A stretch of 64,000 bases of DNA from Candidatus Saccharimonadales bacterium (GTDB lineage Bacteria > Patescibacteriota > Saccharimonadia > Saccharimonadales > JAYRRP01), in contig JAYRIP010000001.1 in the NCBI GenBank assembly GCA_041906765.1, positions 13,061-77,060 on the forward strand, in the 5' to 3' direction. Under the pieces are notes generated by a model. The model worked only from the letters and a program-made list of their open reading frames with translations, ran no database searches and was not told the origin of the DNA. This document shows, in pieces, positions 29,840 to 41,020 of the stretch. Numbering within the stretch: position 1 is the stretch's first letter; each line of letters begins with the position of its first letter. The translations under genes were made by a program, and so were the position numbers.

Positions 29840-31279
29840 ATGGTTTCATATTATTTCTATGATCTAGAGACATCCGGCTTTAATCCGCGCGAGGCGCGTA
29901 TTATGCAGTTTGCCGGGCAACGAGTTAATGAATCCCTGAAGCCGGTGGGTGAGCCGCATAACATTTTAATTAGCTTAAGTGATGACATCTTGCCGGATCC
30001 GGGGGCAATTCTGGTGACGAAGATTACTCCGCAACAAACTTGGGCTGATGGCATGAGCGAGGCAGAGTTTCTGCGTTTATTCCACAGTGAAATTGCCTTA
30101 CCGGGGACTGTATTTGTCGGCTTTAACTCTATTCGGTTTGATGATGAATTTATACGCTACCTTCACTATCGCAATTTTTATGACCCCTATGAATGGCAAT
30201 GGCAGGAGGAGCGGTCTCGTTGGGATTTACTCGATGCGAGTCGGATGACGCGGGCGCTCAGACCAGAAGGGATTAAATGGCCTTATGATAGTGAGGGCAG
30301 ACCAAGCAACCGGCTAGAGTTGCTTACAGCCAGTAACCGATTGGAACACACTGCTGCGCATGACGCACTGAGTGATGTCAATGCAACTATTGCGTTGGCC
30401 CGTTTACTGAACCAAAAACAATCAAAACTCTTCAGTTACTTGCGAAATCTAAGACAGAAGGGCAGAGTAAAAGAGATAGTGGAAAGTGGTCTTCCGTTCG
30501 TGTATACCTCTGGTAGGTATCCGAGTGAAAATGAAAAGACTACGGTAGTGGTACGTCTTACTGCTCATCCTGATCGTGACTCCGCAGTTCTCGTGTATGA
30601 TCTTCGGTACGACCCGAAACCTTTCGCAAAACTTACTCCGGCACAGCTTGCAGATGCCTGGCAACCGAAATATACAGGAGAAAAACCGGTTCCTTTTCCT
30701 GTTAAATCATTAGCATATAACCGCTGTCCAGCGATTGCACCGCTTAATACCCTTGATAAAGCGGCGCAAAAGCGGATAAAAATTGATCTTAAGGCCTGTC
30801 AAGCTCATCGGGAAAACTTGCGGACTATGCCAGAATGGCCCGAAAAGCTGGTCGAGGCCTTAGCGATAATCCGCAAACGGCGACAAACCCAGCTGCTTAC
30901 CGATACAGGTGCTGCCGAGGGTATGCTTTACGATGGTTTTTACCCACCCTCAGACAAGAAACTTCTGACCAGCTTTCGGGAAACTGTCCCCGCAGACCTC
31001 ATGAGTTACGTTGACAAGTTTCATGACGCACGGCTTAAGGCGCTTGTGCTGCCTTATAAGGCTCGCAATTTTCCGAAAAAACTTACCGCAGAAGAAAAGC
31101 AGCAATGGGAAACATACCGACAGCAAAAATTATTTATGGGCGGCAAAGAGAGTCAACTGGCGAAGTTCATGGTGCGTTTACAGGAACTTGCGCAAAGTCC
31201 CGCGCTTACCGCTGAGCAAAGTTTCCTTTTAGAAGAGTTACAGCTCTACGCACAAAGCCTGGCGCCTGCCAGCCACTAA
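29840..31279 (+). CDS. sbcB: Exodeoxyribonuclease I
   Basis: DEDDh motifs YDLETSG, FNSIRFDDEF and AHDALSDV. The length of 479 aa fits ExoI. Confidence 0.85.
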   Translation: MVSYYFYDLETSGFNPREARIMQFAGQRVNESLKPVGEPHNILISLSDDILPDPGAILVTKITPQQTWADGMSEAEFLRLFHSEIALPGTVFVGFNSIRFDDEFIRYLHYRNFYDPYEWQWQEERSRWDLLDASRMTRALRPEGIKWPYDSEGRPSNRLELLTASNRLEHTAAHDALSDVNATIALARLLNQKQSKLFSYLRNLRQKGRVKEIVESGLPFVYTSGRYPSENEKTTVVVRLTAHPDRDSAVLVYDLRYDPKPFAKLTPAQLADAWQPKYTGEKPVPFPVKSLAYNRCPAIAPLNTLDKAAQKRIKIDLKACQAHRENLRTMPEWPEKLVEALAIIRKRRQTQLLTDTGAAEGMLYDGFYPPSDKKLLTSFRETVPADLMSYVDKFHDARLKALVLPYKARNFPKKLTAEEKQQWETYRQQKLFMGGKESQLAKFMVRLQELAQSPALTAEQSFLLEELQLYAQSLAPASH

Positions 31280-31415
31280 GTGAATGAATTACCCAACGTA
31301 TATCCAACGTTATTAACGTGGCAAACACTAATGCCCACATGCATCCGTTGATCCATCCGAAAGTGATCTCTATGTGGGTGCCAGGAACCAGGCCCAGTAC
31401 AATGAACTCCATCAT
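31206..31415 (-). CDS. Possible small membrane protein
   Basis: 69-aa ORF with a hydrophobic N-terminal half. The 3' part overlaps the sbcB end by 74 nt, so it is uncertain. Confidence 0.25.
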   Translation of the reverse strand: MMEFIVLGLVPGTHIEITFGWINGCMWALVFATLITLDIRWVIHSLSGWQAPGFVRRAVTLLKGNFAQR

Positions 31416-31572
31416 TTTAGTTGCCTCAAAGGTTTAAGGGTTTGGTGTGTATTTTAAATAAATTTGTAATAATGTCAATATTATACTAAATGCTAATGAT
31501 TAATATTGACTTAATTATCGATTTATTGCTAAACTACTTACAAGCAATTCAAGTTAGGTTTGGAGAAGAAAA

Positions 31573-32166
31573 TTGGGAAAGAAAAATACTTGGAACCGAA
31601 AAAATATGGAATCACGAGGAAATCATAACCTCGGTAAGACCATGACAAAGGGCTTCGGGATCGTGCGAATGTTGACAAGAAACTCCGAGCAAGTGGTTTT
31701 CCATACTCTAGACGAGGCTGGTTTGTCGGATAATATACGACCAAGATCACGATTACATGTTACTGTTATTGGTTTCATGGGTATGAGTAAGAGGGAACAA
31801 GCAGCATTCAATGCTGGATTTAGTGTAGTCAGGTTAGAGGAGCGTCTGGAAAATGGTGGGACCGAACAGGTACCGCGTACATCGTTAGATGTAACTCTTG
31901 GTTCTTTTGCGTTAGCAGGCAATGTGCTCTATAGTGAACTTCAACACGAGCAACTTGCGAATGAACAAACTCATTTGGCTGGTCAAGTAGCACTTCACGG
32001 TATTAATATTGATCGAATTAATAAAAAGGTAGTACCACCACACTTAGCGGTGGGTGTTGTGCAGTCATCACCAGCAATAGAGATCTGCGAGCAGGCTGAG
32101 GAAGCTTTGTATGGAGCGGTTGTGGCCTTGGATCGTTGGAAGGTTTATCCTGACCGCTACGCCTAA
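31573..32166 (+). CDS. Hypothetical protein, possibly 2H-phosphoesterase/LigT-like
   Basis: TTG start preceded by GGAG. There are two H-x-(T/A)-x motifs (LHVTVIGF and PPHLAVGV), but the second is degenerate. Confidence 0.45.
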   Translation: MGKKNTWNRKNMESRGNHNLGKTMTKGFGIVRMLTRNSEQVVFHTLDEAGLSDNIRPRSRLHVTVIGFMGMSKREQAAFNAGFSVVRLEERLENGGTEQVPRTSLDVTLGSFALAGNVLYSELQHEQLANEQTHLAGQVALHGINIDRINKKVVPPHLAVGVVQSSPAIEICEQAEEALYGAVVALDRWKVYPDRYA

Positions 32167-32223
32167 AGACACATTAAACCATCTGGAATAAACTCTCAAA
32201 ACCGAGTATAATGTTTCGGCTTT

Positions 32224-35040
32224 ATGAGTGAGTTTATTGAGGTAAAAGGTGCCCGGGAACACAACCTGAAAAATATTTCAGTGCGGATACCCAGGGGCAA
32301 GCTAGTCGTTATTACGGGCTTAAGCGGATCGGGTAAATCGAGTCTGGCTTTTGATACGATTTATGCCGAAGGACAACGACGGTATGTTGAATCGCTTAGT
32401 TCCTATGCGCGGCAGTTCTTAGGTCTTATGGAAAAACCTGACGTGGATCAAATTGACGGTCTCAGCCCGGCTATCAGCATTGATCAAAAGTCCACCAGCC
32501 GTAACCCGCGTAGTACGGTGGCGACTGTTACTGAGATATATGATTACCTGCGTTTGCTTTTTGCAAGGATAGGCATTCCTCATTGTCCAATATGTGGCCA
32601 ACCAGTATCCCGTCAAACTGCCGCAGCCATTGTTGACCAGATAGCTGCCGGCAAAACAGAATCGCGATTGATGATATTAGCACCCATCGTGGCAGATAAA
32701 AAGGGAGCGTTTGAACATATTCCCGAACAGTACTTACGTGCTGGCTATGCCCGAGCACGAGTAGACGGTGTGGTGTATGCGCTGGATGAGTTTCCAGAAC
32801 TAGATAAAAACTATAAGCACCGGATAGAAATTATTGTAGATAGATTGGTCAATGACGAGGCGTCGCGGGGTCGTCTTGCTCAATCTGTTGAGCAGGCCTT
32901 GGATATTACAGAAGGACGAGTAGCGGTTTTAGACGCTGACACCAGCAAACTTGATGAGTATAGCTTAATGTATGCCTGCCAGCAGCATCCGGACGTGCTT
33001 ATACCGGAATTAGAACCGCGGACATTCAGCTTTAACTCACCCCATGGTGCCTGCCCTGTTTGCACAGGACTCGGCTCACGGCTTGAGGTTGACCCCGATC
33101 TAGTTATTCCTAACGGTCGTTTGACAATTGCCGAAGGTGCAATTCGTCCCTTTAACCGAGTGAATGCTGATGCCTGGTATATGAAGAAAATGCAAGCCGT
33201 CGCTGATCGTTACAAATTTAGTTTGCATGTTCCTACCGGCCAGCTCAGGCAGGATCAACTGGATAAAATCCTATATGGCACAGGTAATGAAAAGTACCGT
33301 GTCTCGCTTGGTTTAGGCCGATCATTTGAAACGACTTATGAAGGTGTTATACCGAATCTAGAGAGGCGTCATAAAGAAACCGAGAGCGATTTTATTCGAA
33401 GAGATATCGAACGATTTATGCAGGAACGCCCGTGTCATGAATGCAAGGGGCTCCGTCTTAAACCAGAGGTGTTAGCGGTTACGGTAGAAGGAAAATCAAT
33501 CATGGATTTATGTGCTCTCTCGATTGATCAGGCATTGCAGTTCTTTAGTGGTATGAAGCTTATTGGTAATGAGCAAAAAATTGCTCACCAGATTCTCAAA
33601 GAAATCCGGGCGCGGTTGACCTTTCTTCAGGATGTCGGCCTTAATTATCTCAGCTTGTTGCGCAGCGCCGTTACCCTATCAGGGGGCGAAGCCCAGAGAA
33701 TACGCTTGGCAACCCAGATTGGCTCCGGGTTGATGGGGGTGCTGTATGTGCTCGATGAGCCTTCTATCGGCTTGCACCAACGAGACAACAAACGCCTTAT
33801 TGCTACACTTGAGCACCTTCGCAGTCTTGGTAATACCGTCATTGTGGTAGAGCATGACGAAGAAACGATTCGCCGCGCTGACCACTTGCTTGATATTGGT
33901 CCGGGAGCAGGAACCCATGGAGGTAACGTGGTGGCCAGCGGCTCACCTCAAGAGGTTGCGAAGAACCCAAGTAGTATTACCGGCCAGTATCTCCGTGGCC
34001 AAAAAGCTATTTTGACTCCTAAAAAGCGTCGTCCAGGCAATGGCAAACAACTGGCAATAAAAGGTGCCCGCGAAAATAACCTGAAGACTATTAATGTCGA
34101 TATACCTCTAGGCAAGTTAGTGGTAGTAAGTGGCGTATCGGGCTCGGGTAAGTCGAGTTTAATCAACGATATTTTAGCCAAAGAATTATCAGCTCGCTTA
34201 ATGCGTGCCAACACGGTTCCGGGAAAACACGATGACATCGAAGGGCTTACACATCTCGATAAAGTAATCATCATTGATCAGTCACCAATTGGTCGCACAC
34301 CTCGTTCTAACCCGGCTACCTACACAGGTTTATTTACGCCAATCCGTGAATTGTTTGCAAGCGTGCCAGAGGCAAAACTTAGAGGATATAGTCCCGGGCG
34401 TTTTAGCTTTAATGTTCGCGGTGGCCGTTGTGAGAACTGCAGGGGGGATGGCATTATCAAGATTGAGATGCATTTCTTGCCAGACGTGTATGTAAGTTGC
34501 GAAGTCTGCAAAGGGAAACGGTATAACCGTGAGGCGCTGGAGATACATTACAAAGGCAAAACTATAAGTGATGTGCTCGAAATGACTTGCGAGCAGGCAC
34601 TCGAGTTTTTCTCTTCTATTCCTGCCATTGCCCGCAAACTCCAAACTTTGGTTGATGTAGGCCTGGGTTATATTGGCCTGGGCCAACCAGCAACTACTCT
34701 GTCCGGCGGTGAAGCTCAGCGAGTAAAATTGGCGACAGAACTATCGCGTCGGGCCACGGGGCGTACGCTATATATCCTTGATGAGCCTACTACTGGCTTG
34801 CATATAGCTGACGTTGATAAACTGTTGCATGTGCTTGGCGCACTCGTAGATACCGGTAATAGCATGATTGTTATAGAGCATAATCTCGATGTAATTAAAT
34901 CAGCAGACCATATTATTGACATGGGACCAGAAGGTGGGGATGCGGGCGGACAAGTAGTGGCTGTGGGTACTCCCGAAGAAGTGGCAAAAAATCCTGCTTC
35001 CTATACGGGCAAGTTTCTAAAGGAGATGCTTCAGCGTTAA
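32224..35040 (+). CDS. uvrA: Excinuclease ABC subunit A
   Basis: Two ABC modules ([14 protein letters not shown] and [13 protein letters not shown]), two LSGGEAQR signatures, and zinc modules CxxC. Confidence 0.95.
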   Translation: MSEFIEVKGAREHNLKNISVRIPRGKLVVITGLSGSGKSSLAFDTIYAEGQRRYVESLSSYARQFLGLMEKPDVDQIDGLSPAISIDQKSTSRNPRSTVATVTEIYDYLRLLFARIGIPHCPICGQPVSRQTAAAIVDQIAAGKTESRLMILAPIVADKKGAFEHIPEQYLRAGYARARVDGVVYALDEFPELDKNYKHRIEIIVDRLVNDEASRGRLAQSVEQALDITEGRVAVLDADTSKLDEYSLMYACQQHPDVLIPELEPRTFSFNSPHGACPVCTGLGSRLEVDPDLVIPNGRLTIAEGAIRPFNRVNADAWYMKKMQAVADRYKFSLHVPTGQLRQDQLDKILYGTGNEKYRVSLGLGRSFETTYEGVIPNLERRHKETESDFIRRDIERFMQERPCHECKGLRLKPEVLAVTVEGKSIMDLCALSIDQALQFFSGMKLIGNEQKIAHQILKEIRARLTFLQDVGLNYLSLLRSAVTLSGGEAQRIRLATQIGSGLMGVLYVLDEPSIGLHQRDNKRLIATLEHLRSLGNTVIVVEHDEETIRRADHLLDIGPGAGTHGGNVVASGSPQEVAKNPSSITGQYLRGQKAILTPKKRRPGNGKQLAIKGARENNLKTINVDIPLGKLVVVSGVSGSGKSSLINDILAKELSARLMRANTVPGKHDDIEGLTHLDKVIIIDQSPIGRTPRSNPATYTGLFTPIRELFASVPEAKLRGYSPGRFSFNVRGGRCENCRGDGIIKIEMHFLPDVYVSCEVCKGKRYNREALEIHYKGKTISDVLEMTCEQALEFFSSIPAIARKLQTLVDVGLGYIGLGQPATTLSGGEAQRVKLATELSRRATGRTLYILDEPTTGLHIADVDKLLHVLGALVDTGNSMIVIEHNLDVIKSADHIIDMGPEGGDAGGQVVAVGTPEEVAKNPASYTGKFLKEMLQR

Positions 35041-35048
35041 CGGATAAT

Positions 35049-35564
35049 ATGAACGAGCAACTTAGTAACTCACCGGAAGTCGCACCTATCGTATCTGATG
35101 TATACGCAGAACTCTACTTCTACGCGGCGTTTACATATCGGCATCCTGAGCGCGAGGCCGAAGATATGGCGAAATATATGGAGTATTGTGGTGCGTCTGT
35201 TGAAGCAATACGAGCTCCTTCACCTATGGACGCGCGCGAGCTAACAAAAAAAATGAGTAGTCATGTAAAAACTATGGTGAAGGAGGCTGGCAAAGAACTT
35301 GGTATATCGTGGGAGAATGATGCAATTGACGATGCTACGGCTACGAGTCTGCATGATTATCTCACGCAGCAATGGGAAGCAGGCAAAAACCTTGCAAGTG
35401 ACCTAACGGAAGAGGAACCCGAACTGGATGATCTTAAAAATCCGTTGCAGAGCGTGGAAGATGTACAGCACGAATGGCAGCGGATGCACCCTGCGAAACG
35501 CCAGGCTTATCGTTTATCGAAGGCTAAACTTGGTTTGGATAAATGGCTGCAGAAAGAGAAATGA
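35049..35564 (+). CDS. Hypothetical acidic protein
   Basis: 171-aa ORF 8 nt after uvrA. No recognised motif. Confidence 0.5.
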   Translation: MNEQLSNSPEVAPIVSDVYAELYFYAAFTYRHPEREAEDMAKYMEYCGASVEAIRAPSPMDARELTKKMSSHVKTMVKEAGKELGISWENDAIDDATATSLHDYLTQQWEAGKNLASDLTEEEPELDDLKNPLQSVEDVQHEWQRMHPAKRQAYRLSKAKLGLDKWLQKEK

Positions 35565-35582
35565 CTTTCTTGTGCCTGGCAG

Positions 35583-36236
35583 CTACTTTGTTTGCTTGTT
35601 GGGCGGCAGTTTGCGCATGCCGGACTTGAGCCCTTTAAACAACGCAAGGCGACTACGTTTCTCTGCTAGCAAGTGAATCATTGCCAATGCAAGGCTGCCG
35701 AATAGTACCGCAAGAATGACGATTTCAATATAACGATCAAGCTGTGGGATACGGCCTCCTATAAAGAAGCCGAGCAATGTCATGCCTGCTCCCCAGAGTA
35801 TGCCGCCGATAACATTAAAAAACATAAATCTATTTCGTGGCATTTTGCTGGCACCAGCTACCACTGGCGCAAATGTACGGACAATCGGTGTAAAACGGGC
35901 CAGTATTATAGTTTTTCCGCCATGCCGGTCATAAAAAGCGGCAGCCTTTTCGAGATGGTCGTGTCGAAATAATACGCCATCTTTCTTCTTAAAAATTCTG
36001 TGTCCTGTTCGAAGGCCAATACTGTAACCCACGTTGTCACCAACGACTGCGGCTGCAACGACTGAGATGAGTAGCAGCGGTAGAGATAGCCTACCTTGTG
36101 AGGCGGCTAGTCCTGCTCCGAATAGCAAGGTGTCGCCTGGCAAGAAAAACCCGATCAACAAGCCCGATTCAGCAAAAATTATAAATGCTATGGCCAAGAT
36201 TCCCCAGGCTTGTATGATGTGCTCGACGTTGAACAT
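35583..36236 (-). CDS. DedA-family membrane protein
   Basis: GFFLPGDTLLFGAGLAA and ARFTPIVRTFAPVVAG motifs. Confidence 0.85.
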   Translation of the reverse strand: MFNVEHIIQAWGILAIAFIIFAESGLLIGFFLPGDTLLFGAGLAASQGRLSLPLLLISVVAAAVVGDNVGYSIGLRTGHRIFKKKDGVLFRHDHLEKAAAFYDRHGGKTIILARFTPIVRTFAPVVAGASKMPRNRFMFFNVIGGILWGAGMTLLGFFIGGRIPQLDRYIEIVILAVLFGSLALAMIHLLAEKRSRLALFKGLKSGMRKLPPNKQTK

Positions 36237-36331
36237 GTACCTTAAAGATTATAGGTTCTCGCGGATATCGTCCAGGCTCTTTGTTATAATGGTTGTGAAC
36301 GGTCCCCAAAGGCCGGAAAAAGGAGGGTAGT

Positions 36332-36970
36332 TTGAGCGATTCTAATATTGGTTTGGCAGTTCAGGAAAGACCGGTGCGGGGCAAAGCAGTGAAGCATCTT
36401 CGCCGTGACGGGTTGATCCCTGCGGTTATTCACGACCATGGTAAAGAGTCAAAAGTGATTATGGCACCATACCTGGAAGTGGTAAAAGTGTACCAGAAGG
36501 CAGGAAAGACCACGCCTCTCGAATTGCAATTGGGCAAATCCAAGTATCTCGCAATAATTAAAAACGTTGATTTTGAGCCGAAAAAGCACCAACTTCGCCA
36601 CGTAGTATTTAATGCGATCGAGCAAAACCAGACAGTGCAGACAGAAGTGCCCATACGACTTAGCGAAGATATACCTGCCGAGAAAGCGGGTTACATGGTG
36701 ATTCGTAACCTGGATGCAGTGGAAATAGAAGCGTTACCGAAAGATCTCGTGGACGAACTGCACGTTGATGCGGGTACCTTAGAGGAAATTGGCGATAAGC
36801 TTGCAGTATCTGACATAGTGGTACCAAATGGCGTTACTATTCTCACTGAACCTGAGCATACCATTGCAGTGGTTGAAGAAACCAAGGCTCAAATATCTGA
36901 AGAAGAGAGTAGCGAAGAAGCTGCGGAAGGTACCGAGGAAGGTGCTCAGGAATCAACCGAGGAAGAGTAG
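36332..36970 (+). CDS. rplY: Ribosomal protein L25, Ctc form
   Basis: TTG start; GKAVKHLRRDGLIPAVIH N-terminus, with an acidic C-terminal extension. Confidence 0.85.
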   Translation: MSDSNIGLAVQERPVRGKAVKHLRRDGLIPAVIHDHGKESKVIMAPYLEVVKVYQKAGKTTPLELQLGKSKYLAIIKNVDFEPKKHQLRHVVFNAIEQNQTVQTEVPIRLSEDIPAEKAGYMVIRNLDAVEIEALPKDLVDELHVDAGTLEEIGDKLAVSDIVVPNGVTILTEPEHTIAVVEETKAQISEEESSEEAAEGTEEGAQESTEEE

Positions 36971-36971
36971 G

Positions 36972-37220
36972 TTGCAAAAAGTGTGGCAACGGCAACACAA
37001 TGCGTTAGTCAAGGAGTTTAAGTTTAAGGATTTCAAGCAGGCTTTGGAATTTGTAAACAAAGTTGGCGAATTAGCCGAGGCTGCCAATCACCATCCTGAT
37101 ATAGAACTAAGCTGGGGACGAGTGAAAATTAGGCTTTCTTCTCATGATGTAGGAACGGTTACAGAACGTGATCAACAAATGGCCGGGCAGATTGATCAAC
37201 TTACTGTAAATACTACATGA
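36972..37220 (+). CDS. Pterin-4-alpha-carbinolamine dehydratase (PCD/DCoH)
   Basis: FKDFKQALEFVNKVGELAEAANHHPD...LSSHDVGTVTERD. The start is placed at TTG 36972 (or GTG 36981), after the L25 stop, rather than at 36828. Confidence 0.75.
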   Translation: MQKVWQRQHNALVKEFKFKDFKQALEFVNKVGELAEAANHHPDIELSWGRVKIRLSSHDVGTVTERDQQMAGQIDQLTVNTT

Positions 37221-37236
37221 TCAGGTAAGCAAAAAT

Positions 37237-39015
37237 TTACTCTTCTAAGAAACCTCCAGACTGGTGGTTCCATAATTCAGCGTACTTACCATTCTTTCGT
37301 AGCAATTCTTTATGTGTACCTTCTTCTATTATATTGCCATTCTCCATCACAATGATTCGATCCATCCTTTGGATGGTGCTCAGTCTATGGGCAATGACAA
37401 TCGCAGTGCGACCTTCCATGAGTTTCCATAGTGCTTGCTGGATGAGGATCTCGCTTCTGGAGTCAAGGGCACTTGTTGCCTCATCTAATAATAGTATGGG
37501 CGCATTCTTTAGCATTGCTCTGGCAATAGCAATACGTTGGCGTTGCCCGCCGCTCAGTTTGACACCACGTTCGCCCACTAGGGTTTGATAGCCGTCTTCA
37601 AGCTTATTGATAAACTCGTGTGCGTAAGCTAATTTAGCAGCTCCTTCAATAACAGCTTGGCTTGAACCTAGTTCCCCATATTCGATATTCTCAGCGAGAC
37701 TGCGATGGAACAGCAGGGGTTCTTGTGGCACATAGGCGATGCTTTTGCGCAAACTTTGCTGGGTGACTTCAGCAATATTCTGCCCGTCAATCATAATTTG
37801 ACCTTCTTGAATATCCATAAAGCGTAGTAACAACTTAGTCAGGGTTGTCTTACCCGAACCGGATTGGCCGACTAGCCCTATTTTTTCACTTGGTTTAATA
37901 CGTAATGACAAATCGGCAAACAAAACCTCATCTCCTCCGTCATGCGAGAAGACTACGTTTTTAAATTCGATGTTACCGCGATGAGCCGTTAAGTCAGGAG
38001 CGTCAGGTTTATCAAGGATCTCAACTGGTAAATATAATATCTCAGCCATATCATGGGCATCACCAAATACTCGGGTAAAGACACGAAAGGTATTGTTTAA
38101 GTCCCACAATCGCCGCATGATACCTAAGGTGAAGGTGAGGGCTAAGTAAATAACCCCGACATTGGCTTTTTGATTAACAGCTAATAACACTGACACGATG
38201 ATCACTACTATATTCAGACTACGCTGTATAGCACCTGTATAGAGTTCTTGGCTCATTGTGAAACGCATAGTATCAATGGACCGTTTATGAACATTTCTGA
38301 TCTTTTTCAGCATTCTTTCTCGTTCAAAATTTTCATTGGCAAATGATTTCACTGCCAGTATGTTTGAGACAGTATCGGAAAGTTGACCAGTTCGTTCGGT
38401 CTCAGCAGCTGCCCATAATCTGTTGTAGGGCAGTTGTCTTTTGCGAAAACTCCAAATGACAGGTATGTAGATCGCACTAATCACAAGTATTGCCAACGAT
38501 ATGTATGGTGCTTTGGGTGTGAGGATAATAATAGTGGCGATTACCGCCACGATCAGTTTAAATACATTCCAGGTGAGTGCGTCAGTGAGACGCTCAAACG
38601 AGCCGACAAATTTGTTCACCTGATTGACGAGTGATCCCGCAAAACGCTCACCGAAGAATCTGGCACTCATTTGCTGTAGATGGTCGAAGGTAGTAGTGTT
38701 CAGGTCGCTCATTATTAAATCTTGAGTACGCCAGAAACGTGGAAGTACGATCCTATTCCAAATTAAATGACCTATATATTCTGTGGTTACTATGGCAAGT
38801 AAAATTAACCACAGATTATTACCAGCCTTTAATCGGTTGAGATTTCCAGAAGCTAAACTTGATAAAATGATGCTTACGATAATTGGTTGGATAAAATCCT
38901 CGACAACTTGAGCAATAACCATCATTGGGTATATGATGGCCAAATCTTTCTTATACTTTTTGGTGTGGCGCCAATAGATGCTGAGCACCTTCTGGGCGTT
39001 CGAAGGGGTAGACAT
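37237..39015 (-). CDS. ABC exporter, fused permease/ATPase (MsbA/multidrug type)
   Basis: Six-TM N-terminal domain, Walker A GQSGSGKTTL, signature LSGGQRQRIAIARA, and Walker B ILLLDEATSALD. Confidence 0.9.
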   Translation of the reverse strand: MSTPSNAQKVLSIYWRHTKKYKKDLAIIYPMMVIAQVVEDFIQPIIVSIILSSLASGNLNRLKAGNNLWLILLAIVTTEYIGHLIWNRIVLPRFWRTQDLIMSDLNTTTFDHLQQMSARFFGERFAGSLVNQVNKFVGSFERLTDALTWNVFKLIVAVIATIIILTPKAPYISLAILVISAIYIPVIWSFRKRQLPYNRLWAAAETERTGQLSDTVSNILAVKSFANENFERERMLKKIRNVHKRSIDTMRFTMSQELYTGAIQRSLNIVVIIVSVLLAVNQKANVGVIYLALTFTLGIMRRLWDLNNTFRVFTRVFGDAHDMAEILYLPVEILDKPDAPDLTAHRGNIEFKNVVFSHDGGDEVLFADLSLRIKPSEKIGLVGQSGSGKTTLTKLLLRFMDIQEGQIMIDGQNIAEVTQQSLRKSIAYVPQEPLLFHRSLAENIEYGELGSSQAVIEGAAKLAYAHEFINKLEDGYQTLVGERGVKLSGGQRQRIAIARAMLKNAPILLLDEATSALDSRSEILIQQALWKLMEGRTAIVIAHRLSTIQRMDRIIVMENGNIIEEGTHKELLRKNGKYAELWNHQSGGFLEE

Positions 39016-39339
39016 ATCGCGAGCTCCTTGCTGGGCGATTGTTATTTAGTAGGGTTTGTAAGGATTTTGATGGAGTGTGGAGACTTACTGCACGTCAAGA
39101 GCGGCCCAAGAGATTGTAAACATATAAAACTTCTTCATTTTAATCCGCTCTCCTTAAAGTTTGATAAACAATAGCGTTCATTGTACTCCAGTAGTCAAGT
39201 TATAGCAAAACAGAGGTGAATGATATAATGGAACAGATGGAGAAGGTGATACTTTACTGCGAGTTTGTACCTGTAAAAGATCCCAATATGACAAAAGGGC
39301 GATTCTTATGCGAACCGGCTTGTGCTCAGGAGAAAACTT

Positions 39340-39456
39340 ATGCCAGCACCTGAAAAACAGTCCCAACAATCTGGAAGCGAGTTCAAAGAATTTACCGCAC
39401 GGGCATTAAAAGTTGGTGCGCTATTGTTGGCTGCATTGGTATTCCTCGACATTTAG
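39340..39456 (+). CDS. Possible 38-aa tail-anchored small protein
   Basis: AGGAG sits 7 nt upstream of the ATG. The sequence is MPAPEKQSQQSGSEFKEFTARALKVGALLLAALVFLDI. It is too short to verify. Confidence 0.3.
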   Translation: MPAPEKQSQQSGSEFKEFTARALKVGALLLAALVFLDI

Positions 39457-39493
39457 ATTTTGTTATCACGGTATATCACACGGATAATTACTT

Positions 39494-40999
39494 ATGATGA
39501 GTGATAAATTGGAGAAAAAACTAGCGGCGTTACCCAAAAGTCCGGGCGTGTACTTTCATAAGGATGCGCGGGGCAAGGTGCTATACATTGGGAAAGCCGC
39601 AGTCCTGCGTAATCGTGTTCGGCAATATTTTCAATCCAGCCGGACACGTGATCCGAAAACAGAGGCGTTAGTGGCTGAAATTGCTGACATTGATTGGATA
39701 ACAGTCGAGAGTGAATTGGATGCACTTTTTTTGGAAGCCGAAATGGTGCGGCGCTATCTACCGCCGTATAACATTTTGCTTCGGGATGACAAAAGTAATG
39801 CCTATGTTCGCATTACTTACAATGGTGATCACCCGACAGTTAGCATTACCCGTCGTCCACTTGATGACGGTGCAAGGTATTTTGGCCCGTATTTTCAAGC
39901 GACAGAAGTGCGCCGGGCGCTAAAATATTTGCGCCGGATATTTCCTTATTCTACCCATGTGCACACTATCCCAAAGCGGGCATGTTTGCAGTATCACTTA
40001 GGTTTGTGCCCGGGTTTGGAAGGAAATGAGTCAAGCCTGACAGATTATCGGAAAGATCTACAGAGCCTGATGAAATATCTGAAGGGCGAACGGGTACAGT
40101 TGCTCAAGCAACTAGAAAAAGAAATGAAACAACATGCCGAAGCGGCGCGATTCGAAGAAGCGGCTGAAGCACGTAACCGCCTTTTTGCTCTAAAGAGATT
40201 GAGCCAACAAATTATCTTCTCGGACAAGGAGTTTTTGGATCTAAGCAAAGATGAAGGCTTGTTGGGCCTGAAGGAGTTGCTAAGCCTAAAAAAATTGCCT
40301 CGGCAGATCGAAGGCTTTGATATTAGCCATCAGCAAGGTTCCGATACCGTTGCCAGTATGGTGGTATTTACTAATGGTTTGCCACACAAGGCTGCTTATC
40401 GCAAATTTAAGATGAGAATTCCGGGCAATGATGATTTCGCCCATATGCACGAAGCGTTGTGGCGACGACTTGGAGCGCAGCATATAAAAGAATGGGGACG
40501 TCCGGATTTATTGCTAATAGATGGCGGCAAGGGCCAGTTGACGGCGGCAGCCAAAGCGCAGGATGAGCGAGGTTTACGGTTGCCGATGGTCGGGCTGGCC
40601 AAACGAGAGGAGGAACTAGTGATTCATAAGACACTTTCGGGTGTCGCGCTGAATAAAGCGGTGGCCGATAGGTTGGGCGCATATGTGCGACAAGAAGAAT
40701 ACTTTTGGCGTGTTCGATTGCCGGACCATTCCCACGTGGTGAAGTTATTGCAAAGGATTCGCGATGAGTCACATCGTTTCGCAGTCAGCTACCACAGTGT
40801 ATTGAAAACAAAACGCCAGACTGCAAGTGTGCTGGACGATATCCCCACAATTGGGCCAGCTACGCGCAAAAAACTATTAACGACATTTGGGTCACTAAAG
40901 GGTATCCGGCAAGCTCGAAAATGGGAGTTGGACAGAGCGGTTGGCGCCAAAAAGGCAACCATTTTGCGCCAATATCTAAGAGCTGACCGGCTGGGGTAG
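39494..40999 (+). CDS. uvrC: Excinuclease ABC subunit C (short, 501 aa)
   Basis: GIY-YIG domain PGVYFHKDARGKVLYIGKA, UVR domain RFEEAAEARNRL, an endonuclease domain, and a C-terminal HhH IPTIGPATRKKL. Confidence 0.9.
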   Translation: MMSDKLEKKLAALPKSPGVYFHKDARGKVLYIGKAAVLRNRVRQYFQSSRTRDPKTEALVAEIADIDWITVESELDALFLEAEMVRRYLPPYNILLRDDKSNAYVRITYNGDHPTVSITRRPLDDGARYFGPYFQATEVRRALKYLRRIFPYSTHVHTIPKRACLQYHLGLCPGLEGNESSLTDYRKDLQSLMKYLKGERVQLLKQLEKEMKQHAEAARFEEAAEARNRLFALKRLSQQIIFSDKEFLDLSKDEGLLGLKELLSLKKLPRQIEGFDISHQQGSDTVASMVVFTNGLPHKAAYRKFKMRIPGNDDFAHMHEALWRRLGAQHIKEWGRPDLLLIDGGKGQLTAAAKAQDERGLRLPMVGLAKREEELVIHKTLSGVALNKAVADRLGAYVRQEEYFWRVRLPDHSHVVKLLQRIRDESHRFAVSYHSVLKTKRQTASVLDDIPTIGPATRKKLLTTFGSLKGIRQARKWELDRAVGAKKATILRQYLRADRLG

Positions 41000-41020
41000 G
41001 ACTGGTATACTAAGGTCTTT

